A stretch of DNA of 64,000 bases from Myxococcota bacterium (GTDB taxonomy: Bacteria > Myxococcota_A > UBA9160 > UBA6930). Under the pieces are notes generated by a model that searched no databases, was not told where the DNA came from, and saw only the letters and a list, made by a program, of their open reading frames with translations. The stretch is taken from the NCBI GenBank assembly GCA_965223705.1, contig OZ245015.1:2176001-2240000 (forward strand), read 5' to 3'. Within the stretch, counting starts at the first letter, position 1. The number at the start of each line of letters is the position of its first letter. Made by a program: the position numbers and the translations under genes. Below are positions 57,110 through 64,000 of this stretch, one piece after another.

Positions 57110-58145
57110 CCGAACCGTGGGTCCGGATCTCGCGCGGGCGGCGCTCGCTCTGGTGCGCGACATGATGTGCATTGTCGAGGGGGAGCACGTTCTCGTCACG
57201 GCGGACACGGGGACCGAGAGCAGCGCGATCGACGCGATCGTCAACGCCTCGCACAGTCTGGGGGCACGCGTCGCCGTTGCGACCCTGGCGCCACCTCTCC
57301 CTTTCCAGGGAGGCCTTGCGAATCCATACATGCCCGATCCCGTGAGCGCCGCCGCGCAGAACTGTGACGCGTGGATCGATTTGTGTATGCCCTACATCGC
57401 GGGCGCAGCGGTCTATGACCAAGCGATGAAGAACGGCAGAACCCGCTATTTCCTCGGCGCCGATATCGGCGCCGACGGAATCGTACGCATTTTCGGCCGG
57501 GCGGATCTCGATCAGGTGTTCGAGGTATCCGATGTCTTCAACGATCTGCTGGCACGATCCGCGGGCTCACAGTGCCGGTTCACCACGCCACTCGGCACGG
57601 ATGTAACCTTTCAGCTCGCCGCGCCCGAAGGGCTCGCTATCGAACGCGCTGCCAGACCGGGAGGCTACTTCGTGCCCGGCACGGTCATGGTGATCCCCGA
57701 ACTCGACACGGTGAAGGGCACCGTCGTGTGCGAGTCCACCTTCCATGAGTACTACACGCCTCTCGAGGAGCCCTACCGCTTCGAGGTCGACGGTGTGATC
57801 CGTTCGGTCACCGGGGGAGGCACGGAACTCGCCGCCATCGACCGTTCCTTGAGACGAGCGGGGAACGGCGATTACGGCAATATCGTCCACTTCACTTGCG
57901 GCTATCACCCGGCGGCGCGGTTCACCGGACGGTCGTTCATCGAGGATCAACGTGTCATCGGATGCAACGCCGTCGGTCTCGGGCTGCCGCAGTGGGTCGA
58001 CGGCGGGGGGGAGAACCATCCCGACTGCGTCATGAGAGAACAGTCATTTTGGATCGGAGCCGAGCAGATCATCGACCGCGGGCGAATCATCGCTCCCGCA
58101 GAATTGAGAATGGCGACCGAGAAGCTGCAGCTCGTCTACGGGTAG
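57102..58145 (+). CDS. Peptidase M29-like fold protein, 2,5-dihydroxypyridine dioxygenase (NicX)-like
   Basis: GEHVLVTADT, TPLGTDVTF, VPG, GTVV, VHF..G, ENHPD; overlaps Rieske gene stop. Confidence 0.65.
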   Translation: MTSRTVGPDLARAALALVRDMMCIVEGEHVLVTADTGTESSAIDAIVNASHSLGARVAVATLAPPLPFQGGLANPYMPDPVSAAAQNCDAWIDLCMPYIAGAAVYDQAMKNGRTRYFLGADIGADGIVRIFGRADLDQVFEVSDVFNDLLARSAGSQCRFTTPLGTDVTFQLAAPEGLAIERAARPGGYFVPGTVMVIPELDTVKGTVVCESTFHEYYTPLEEPYRFEVDGVIRSVTGGGTELAAIDRSLRRAGNGDYGNIVHFTCGYHPAARFTGRSFIEDQRVIGCNAVGLGLPQWVDGGGENHPDCVMREQSFWIGAEQIIDRGRIIAPAELRMATEKLQLVYG

Positions 58146-58164
58146 CCAGTCCGCAACTCGGTCC

Positions 58165-59166
58165 TCAGGCGTCGCGTCGCCTACCGTGCCGCTCGGCTTC
58201 GGCCACCATGGCCTCGACCTCGGCGAGCGGAAGCGATCCGGGTTCGCGCCGGTCTCTCGCCATCCGGTTGGCGAGGAGTCGCAGGGATTCGTTGACCGGC
58301 GTCTCGACGCCATGGAGGCGGCCGAGCATCACGACTTCGCCGTTCAGAAAGTCCGCTTCGATCGAGCCCGTGCGGCGCGCGAGGCTCTGCCAGGAGGAGC
58401 TGCCGAAACGTTTTTCTCCGGCGAGAGACTCCGTCGCGAAGCCTTCGCGACGCGCGGCCTCTTCGTCGGCCGTCGCGACGTCGATGCCCGCGGCGCGGAA
58501 CGCGGCGAGCGCTTCCTCGGACGCTCGCTTTCCGAGATCGGAACCGCGCGCCTCCCAACCGCAAGCCGCGTCGAGCGCGTTGCGCGCGTTGGTACGGAGC
58601 TTCGCGTATTTGAAGCGCATGATCGCCTCGTTGACTTCGGACCGGAAGCCCGATTCGGACAGCGCGCCCGCCAGCTGTTCCGCACACTCGCTCCCACCGG
58701 ACGGGTAGCGCCCGAGATCGAGGATCCCGAGAATCGGCTTGCCGAAAGCCATGACCACGCCGGGTTCCAGGTGCGTGCCGGGCAGGTAGACGCACATACC
58801 GCAGACGTTCGCGAAATGGCGCAGTGCCTGGCGTTCGTTGTCGACGCCGTTCTGCGCGCAGACGATCGACAGTTCGGGTGGGGCTTCGGCGACGAGGGCG
58901 TCGAGCGCATCTCGGGTGTGGTGCGATTTCACCGCCAGAATGACCGTGTCTTCGACACATAGATCCAGGCGAGCCGGCCGCTCCGCGGCTTCGAGCTTGA
59001 TTCGCTCCGTTCCGCCGTGGTGGCGGAACTCGAGGCCTCGGCTCTCGATGGCTTTCAAATGGTCGCCGCGTGCGATAACGGCCACGCGATGCCCGGACCG
59101 AGCCAAACCCGCGGCGATGACACCTCCGACGCCGCCGGCCCCGTAAACGACAAATCGCTTCGTCAC
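58165..59166 (-). CDS. Ketopantoate reductase family oxidoreductase
   Basis: YGAGGVG, AVKS, QNG, KYAKL..N, SSWQS, EADFLNG. Confidence 0.88.
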   Translation of the reverse strand: MTKRFVVYGAGGVGGVIAAGLARSGHRVAVIARGDHLKAIESRGLEFRHHGGTERIKLEAAERPARLDLCVEDTVILAVKSHHTRDALDALVAEAPPELSIVCAQNGVDNERQALRHFANVCGMCVYLPGTHLEPGVVMAFGKPILGILDLGRYPSGGSECAEQLAGALSESGFRSEVNEAIMRFKYAKLRTNARNALDAACGWEARGSDLGKRASEEALAAFRAAGIDVATADEEAARREGFATESLAGEKRFGSSSWQSLARRTGSIEADFLNGEVVMLGRLHGVETPVNESLRLLANRMARDRREPGSLPLAEVEAMVAEAERHGRRRDA

Positions 59167-59214
59167 GTCGGTGAGTGTGGCTCGTCGTGCGCGCGCAAGC
59201 CAGCCGAGGCCCCT

Positions 59215-60276
59215 CTAGAGGTGTCGGATCTTGGGCGCGACGTCGCTCGCGAATCGCGACATTGCCTCGAGGACTTCGCGGTGCGGGATGCGACCGCCTG
59301 GGTTGAACCAGCAGATCAGTTCATCCATTCCGAGCTTTTCGTGGAGCCCCGCAATGCGCTCGACGCACGTTTCGGGTGTGCCGAAGACCGCCATCGTCTC
59401 TTCGATCCCGTCTAGGGTGACGTTGGCGACACTCTCGTGGACTTTGTCGAGGTAGCGATACGAGTCGGAGTCATCCTTGGGTGGCCGCACAGCCCGCGCC
59501 ATGCCCAACACACTCTCGAAGTAGTGGTCGAGGCTGGGTGCAACACGCTGCCGTGCCTGGGATGCGTCGTCGCCCGGAGAGACGAAAAACATCGTTGCCA
59601 CGTCCGGGCGGGCTTCGCCCTTTTCCCCTTCTTGCCAAGCGGCGCGGTAGCGATCGATGTGTCCGAACATGCGCGGCAACGGGTTCGTGACGGACGCGAC
59701 GAAGATCGGGTAGCCCTCGCGGCCGGCGAACTCCACGGTGTCGGGTCCGTTCGCCGCGATGCGGATCGGCGGATGGGGCTTCTGCAGGGGCTTCGGGACG
59801 ACACACGTCTCCGGGATCTGGTGATAGCGACCGTCGTGAGAGAAGGAGTCCTTTGTCCAGGCCTGTTTGATGATCGCGAGCGCCTCTTCGAAGCGTTCGC
59901 GGCTCTCATCCCGGGATACGCCGTACCCGGCAAAATGGAGAGGGATGGCGCCACGGCCGACGCCAAACTCGAGCCTCCCGCCGCTCAGCAGATCCACGGT
60001 GGCCCCCTCCTCGGCGCTCCGCACGGGGTGCCAGAGCGGCAGGAGATTGACCGCGATTCCCAATCGGATGCGTTGCGTCTTCTGGGCGATGGCCGTCGCG
60101 ACGATAAGCGGCGCGGGCATGATGGAGAAGGGCTTGTAGAAGTGAAGCTCCGCGAGCCATGCGCAGTCGAAACCCAACGCCTCTCCGTGTTGCACTTGCT
60201 CGATCGTCTCGGCATAGCGCGCGGCGTCCGACTGGTCGTCGGAACAGGGGAGCTGATAGAAGAGGCTGAATCGCAC
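59215..60276 (-). CDS. LLM class (luciferase-like) flavin monooxygenase
   Basis: WLAELHF, TQRIRLG, HPVRSAEE, SGGRLEFGVGRG, PKPLQKPHPPI; GGAGGAG RBS. Confidence 0.92.
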   Translation of the reverse strand: MRFSLFYQLPCSDDQSDAARYAETIEQVQHGEALGFDCAWLAELHFYKPFSIMPAPLIVATAIAQKTQRIRLGIAVNLLPLWHPVRSAEEGATVDLLSGGRLEFGVGRGAIPLHFAGYGVSRDESRERFEEALAIIKQAWTKDSFSHDGRYHQIPETCVVPKPLQKPHPPIRIAANGPDTVEFAGREGYPIFVASVTNPLPRMFGHIDRYRAAWQEGEKGEARPDVATMFFVSPGDDASQARQRVAPSLDHYFESVLGMARAVRPPKDDSDSYRYLDKVHESVANVTLDGIEETMAVFGTPETCVERIAGLHEKLGMDELICWFNPGGRIPHREVLEAMSRFASDVAPKIRHL

Positions 60277-60406
60277 GGCCGCTCCTCCAGTGAGCGTGGG
60301 CTCGGAAAGCCTAACCGAAGCGAGGCTCGTCGTGGGGACCTGAGGCGCCTATCGTCTCAAAGCGAGCATGCATCCCGGGACGGGACCGCTGCCGTGGAGT
60401 CGTGCT

Positions 60407-60700
60407 GTGAGAGATCATCGTCGCCGGTCCGTGGTTTTCGCGTGGCTGGCCCTCGCGCTACTCCCCCTGGCGCTCTTCGCGTGTGCCGCTTCGGGCACGA
60501 CGGTGCCGCTCGTCGCCTTCGAGAACAGCCTCGACGGAGATGAACCCCTCGATGACCCGCTGGCAACGCCGCGGGTGGAAACCGCCGGCCCGATCGCGAT
60601 TTGCGTGAGCGCTTCCGCGCCGAGCGCGGGCGTTTCGCGGGCCGTTCTTTTCGCGAGGGCGCGTCCCCGCTCGCCGCCCGCCATACGCTCTCGGTCGTAG
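60407..60700 (+). CDS. Putative leader/arrest peptide with N-terminal TM and C-terminal RSPP
   Basis: GGAG + GTG; basic-hydrophobic N-terminus; ...RARPRSPPAIRSRS*; ends 83 nt before trkH. Confidence 0.6.
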   Translation: MRDHRRRSVVFAWLALALLPLALFACAASGTTVPLVAFENSLDGDEPLDDPLATPRVETAGPIAICVSASAPSAGVSRAVLFARARPRSPPAIRSRS

Positions 60701-60783
60701 GCGCCGCCGAGCCACGGATGCTCGTCGGTTGAGCAAGGGGTTCGCGTCGCAGCCTCAACGGGTCACTGGCGCGCGAGGTCGGT

Positions 60784-62229
60784 ATGAATTTTCGACGGGT
60801 AATCGGAATTCTGAGCTTTGTGCTCTATTCCCTCGCTATTGCTCAGCTAATTCCTTTGGCATGGTGTCTTCATCCGTTCGATCGGAACGGGGCCACGGGG
60901 CTTTTGGTCGGTGCGGCCGCGGCCGCGGTATTCGGAACGGTCTTTCGCCTCGTGGGCCGCACGGACGGCGAGCTCTACCGACGCGAGGGCGTTCTCGTCG
61001 TCGTGCTCGCTTGGCTCTTCGCCTCGGTGACCGGTGCCATCCCGTACCTCGCGAGCGGCGCGATCGCGCTTCCGACAGACGCTTTGTTCGAGTCGGTCTC
61101 GGGGTTTACAACCACCGGCGCATCGATCCTCGCAGACATCGAGGCCCTACCGGCCGGCCTGCTCGTGTGGCGGAGCATGACGCAGTGGCTCGGTGGCATC
61201 GGGATTGTCGTGCTGTTCGTCGCACTGTTGTCGGAGCTCGGGCCCGGCGCCCGGTTCCTCGTCAAACTCGAAGTTCCCGGCTCGAACAATGAGATCATGC
61301 ACGCCCGCGTGAGAGAAGCGGCTCGATCCTTGTTCCTCATCTACTTGGGCCTCTCCGTCGCGCAGTTGGTTCTCATGCTGCTCTTCGGAGCGACGCTCTT
61401 CGACGCGGTGACCCACACCTTCGCCACGGTGTCGACGGGAGGCTTCTCCCCTTACAGCGATTCGGTGGCACACTTCTCGACGCCGCTTCAAGGAATCGTC
61501 CTCTTGTTCATGCTGGTTTCGGGGGCGAACTTCGGGCTCTACTTCGCGCTGATTCAATCCCGGGATTTCGGCATCTTTCGGGATGTCGAGTTCCGTTTCT
61601 ATCTCGCCCTGGCGACGGTGGTCACCGTCGTTGCCGCGATCGATATCTATGCATCGGGCTGGAACCCGGACCCGTTCCGAGATCTCTTCGACGCCGCGTT
61701 TCACGTCGTTTCGCTCCTCACGACAACGGGGTTCGCGACCGCTGATTTCGCGCAGTGGCCGGGCTTCGCGCACACGGCGCTGGTCAGCGTGATGTTCGCC
61801 GGCGGCTGTGCGGGCTCAACAGCCGGCGGGGCGAAGCTCGTGCGCCTCTTGATCGGAATCAAGATCGCCCTCCGAGAAGTTCATCTCACGTTCAACCCGC
61901 GGTCGGTGATCGCGATTGCGGTCGGCGATCGCGTTGTGCCGGAAGCGTCGGCCCAGGGAGCCGTGTCTCTACTGGTTCTGTGGCTCTTCGGCTGCGGCGT
62001 CGGGGCGCTACTCCTGTCCGTCGGCGACACGGATTTCGTGACCGCCGCGACCGCCTCACTCGCGACGATTTCGAACGTCGGGCCCGGTCTGGCCGCCGTC
62101 GGGCCGACGGAGAACTTCGCGTTCTTCGCGAGTTGGCAGAAGCTCGTGATGATCGTTCTGATGTGGCTGGGCAGGCTCGAGTTCTTCGCCTTGCTGGCGT
62201 TGGTGCTACCGAGGTTCTGGAGGGTCTAG
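60784..62229 (+). CDS. trkH: Trk-type potassium uptake membrane protein
   Basis: FESVSGFTTTG, QWLGGIG, TVSTGGF, TTTGF, GGCAGSTAGG.K, NVGPG, MWLGRLE. Confidence 0.93.
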   Translation: MNFRRVIGILSFVLYSLAIAQLIPLAWCLHPFDRNGATGLLVGAAAAAVFGTVFRLVGRTDGELYRREGVLVVVLAWLFASVTGAIPYLASGAIALPTDALFESVSGFTTTGASILADIEALPAGLLVWRSMTQWLGGIGIVVLFVALLSELGPGARFLVKLEVPGSNNEIMHARVREAARSLFLIYLGLSVAQLVLMLLFGATLFDAVTHTFATVSTGGFSPYSDSVAHFSTPLQGIVLLFMLVSGANFGLYFALIQSRDFGIFRDVEFRFYLALATVVTVVAAIDIYASGWNPDPFRDLFDAAFHVVSLLTTTGFATADFAQWPGFAHTALVSVMFAGGCAGSTAGGAKLVRLLIGIKIALREVHLTFNPRSVIAIAVGDRVVPEASAQGAVSLLVLWLFGCGVGALLLSVGDTDFVTAATASLATISNVGPGLAAVGPTENFAFFASWQKLVMIVLMWLGRLEFFALLALVLPRFWRV

Positions 62230-63083
62230 ACCGCGGCCTCCTGCGTCGCCGCTTCAAGGCGCACCGGTAGGGGTGCCGTTTGGCTTCCGGCGTACAGCGT
62301 CCGGTGCGGGAACGGGATCTCGATGTTTTCGGCGTCGAACGCTTCCTTGATCTCGTGCTGAATCGAGTTCCGAAGATCGAGGAAGTTCTCCCGTGCCGCC
62401 CACACGGAGAACTGAATTTGCAGCGCGGAGTCTCCGTAGCCTGTGAAGATAAACAGCGGAGGCGGCTCCTCGAGCGACAAGGGGTTGCGATCGGCGACTT
62501 CGGCGAGGACTTCACGCACGCGCTCGATGTTTTCCTTGTAGGCGACACCGATCTGGATATCGACCCGGCGAATCGGGAATCGCGTCAGGTTCGTGATCTC
62601 CGACTTGATCAGGGTTTCGTTGGGAATACGGACGAGGAGGTTGTCAAAGGTACGCAGTTTGGCTGACAACAGATCGAGAGAGATCACTTCGCCGGTGGTG
62701 CCGCCAACCCGAATCGTGTCTCCGACGCCGAAGGGATGCTCGCCGATCAGAAACAGTCCACTGACGAGATTCGAGGCCGAGGTTTGCGAGGCAAAGCCCA
62801 AGGCGACCCCGACAACGCCCGCAGCGCCCAACAAGACCGATAGATTGAAGCCCAGTTGATGAAGGGCGCCGGTCGCGAAGAGAAGGATCACGAAGTAGCT
62901 CAGGCCGCGACGCAGGAGCTGTGCGCGGTGCTGGTCGAGATCGTCCTCCACCAGGCGGTGCAAAGCCGCTCCGACGATCCTCGCGATCACAAGACCCGCC
63001 GCGAGAAGCGTCGCCGCTCGTATCACCGCCGAGAAGAGCTCGGGATGCATCCACTGCGGCAAGAAGGCTCCGATCGAGTCCAT
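62226..63083 (-). CDS. mscS: Small-conductance mechanosensitive channel family protein
   Basis: GAAGVVGVALGFASQ..SN..SG, PFGVGD, IPN, GVAY, IPFPHR. Confidence 0.9.
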   Translation of the reverse strand: MDSIGAFLPQWMHPELFSAVIRAATLLAAGLVIARIVGAALHRLVEDDLDQHRAQLLRRGLSYFVILLFATGALHQLGFNLSVLLGAAGVVGVALGFASQTSASNLVSGLFLIGEHPFGVGDTIRVGGTTGEVISLDLLSAKLRTFDNLLVRIPNETLIKSEITNLTRFPIRRVDIQIGVAYKENIERVREVLAEVADRNPLSLEEPPPLFIFTGYGDSALQIQFSVWAARENFLDLRNSIQHEIKEAFDAENIEIPFPHRTLYAGSQTAPLPVRLEAATQEAAV

Positions 63084-63107
63084 ATCGAATGAATCCTCCC
63101 GAAGGTC

Positions 63108-63908
63108 TCAGAGCAGCCGACTGAACGCGCGAACCAGCCCGCGCGGTGTTTCTGAGCGCGGTTCCGCCAGCTGCTCGGCGTCGCGGGGGATCGCGTCGTC
63201 GACCTGGATGTCAGCGAGTTCATCGTCATCGTCTTCGCGAGTCAACGTGAGCTGCGACGTTCGCATGATGCCGGCCGAGTCAACCCACAGCCCGAGGCCG
63301 GGGACGGGTACTTTGATGCGCTCGATTCGAAGGGGCGTCGATCCGAAGTTCCGGATGCACACTTCGGTCACCGCACGGTGGGGGCTCCAGCGCACGTCCT
63401 CCTGCCGGAGACGCAGGCGTGTCCGCGAGGCGTAGCAGAGCTTGCCGTCGCGGGTGTTTCGCCCAAACCAGGTATCCGAGAGACGGACGAGGGGAAGCTC
63501 GATGACGGGTGCCGCGTTCGCTTCCAAGGCGATGCCGAGCCAGAGTGGGGACCCCACGTAGCCCGTGAGGGTGCTGCCCGGGATGACCCAAAACGGTTTC
63601 TCGGGACGGGACACGACATCGCGGTCGGCGAGGCGCGGGCGAAGGTCGACGTGTTGCGATGCCTCGGGCAAGCCGGCGAAGCGCTGCGCGGGTCCCGAGA
63701 GTTCGTCATCTCGCGGCAAGGGCGCGTTCGCGACGACTTCGAGTTCATCGGAGAACGGATCGCCTTCGCTGGCGCTGCGAATGACCCACTCGCGAGGTTG
63801 ACGCTCGATCCATAGCTGGGCGGGCCCGATCCGCCAACGCATCGAGGTCCCGACGCCCAGCACGGACGACCCCCACCAGCGCCGATCCGCGGATTCCGCG
63901 TTCGTCAA
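63108..63908 (-). CDS. Hypothetical protein (DUF432-like), co-oriented upstream of mscS
   Basis: PRLADRDVVSRP, LSDTWFG...G.LCY, RAV..V.I.N. Confidence 0.6.
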   Translation of the reverse strand: MTNAESADRRWWGSSVLGVGTSMRWRIGPAQLWIERQPREWVIRSASEGDPFSDELEVVANAPLPRDDELSGPAQRFAGLPEASQHVDLRPRLADRDVVSRPEKPFWVIPGSTLTGYVGSPLWLGIALEANAAPVIELPLVRLSDTWFGRNTRDGKLCYASRTRLRLRQEDVRWSPHRAVTEVCIRNFGSTPLRIERIKVPVPGLGLWVDSAGIMRTSQLTLTREDDDDELADIQVDDAIPRDAEQLAEPRSETPRGLVRAFSRLL

Positions 63909-63920
63909 CTTCTCGCGACC

Positions 63921-64000
63921 TTAGGCGTATTCCAGCGTGTGGCCGAAGGACGTCCGGAGCGGGGGCAGCGAGAGTTCCAGCCAGCCGGGCTCGTGCTCTC
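63921..64000 (-). CDS. C-terminal end of a gene entering from beyond the window
   Basis: Open frame ...EHEPGWLELSLPPLRTSFGHTLEYA* ending at TAA 63921-63923. Confidence 0.4.
   Translation of the reverse strand, partial: EHEPGWLELSLPPLRTSFGHTLEYA

Noticed and set aside
60277..60783. c-di-AMP (ydaO) riboswitch upstream of trkH
   Set aside because: Conserved ydaO sequence blocks not recognisable; an Infernal scan would settle it

Overview
High-GC bacterial chromosomal window. PilZ-REC, DUF1329-like, DUF4124-like and PEP-CTERM genes suggest a Myxococcota/deltaproteobacterial lineage (inference). 1-19 kb is mostly core genome (mutL-miaA-der-yfgM-like, slt-like, GHL10, queA-tgt, ROK kinase), interrupted by secreted and PEP-CTERM genes. 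19.8-26.8 kb holds redox genes (Rieske oxygenase, RidA, cyclase, quinohemoprotein ADH). An initiator tRNA-Met at 27023-27099 is followed by a ~1 kb islet bounded by 61-bp direct repeats (tRNA 3' end plus terminator) that carries two paralogous lipoproteins. Next comes a ~10 kb mosaic rich in truncated or frameshifted genes. 38.5-60.3 kb is catabolic/accessory (three LLM oxidoreductases, hydrolases, GS-like ligase, and a reductase/two-component/Rieske/NicX-like module with shared operator architecture). The window ends with trkH, mscS and neighbours. Best leads: an RSPP-motif upstream ORF before trkH; an 11-codon mini-ORF containing Q-decoded codons, created by a 32-bp duplication between queA and tgt; the tRNA islet; the Rieske/NicX-like regulon; a histone-H1-like/FYDLN-acid fusion; a lipoprotein-type RidA; and a signal-less micro PEP-CTERM protein. 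No CRISPR array, integrase or transposase was seen. All family calls come from motif recognition by eye, not database searches.
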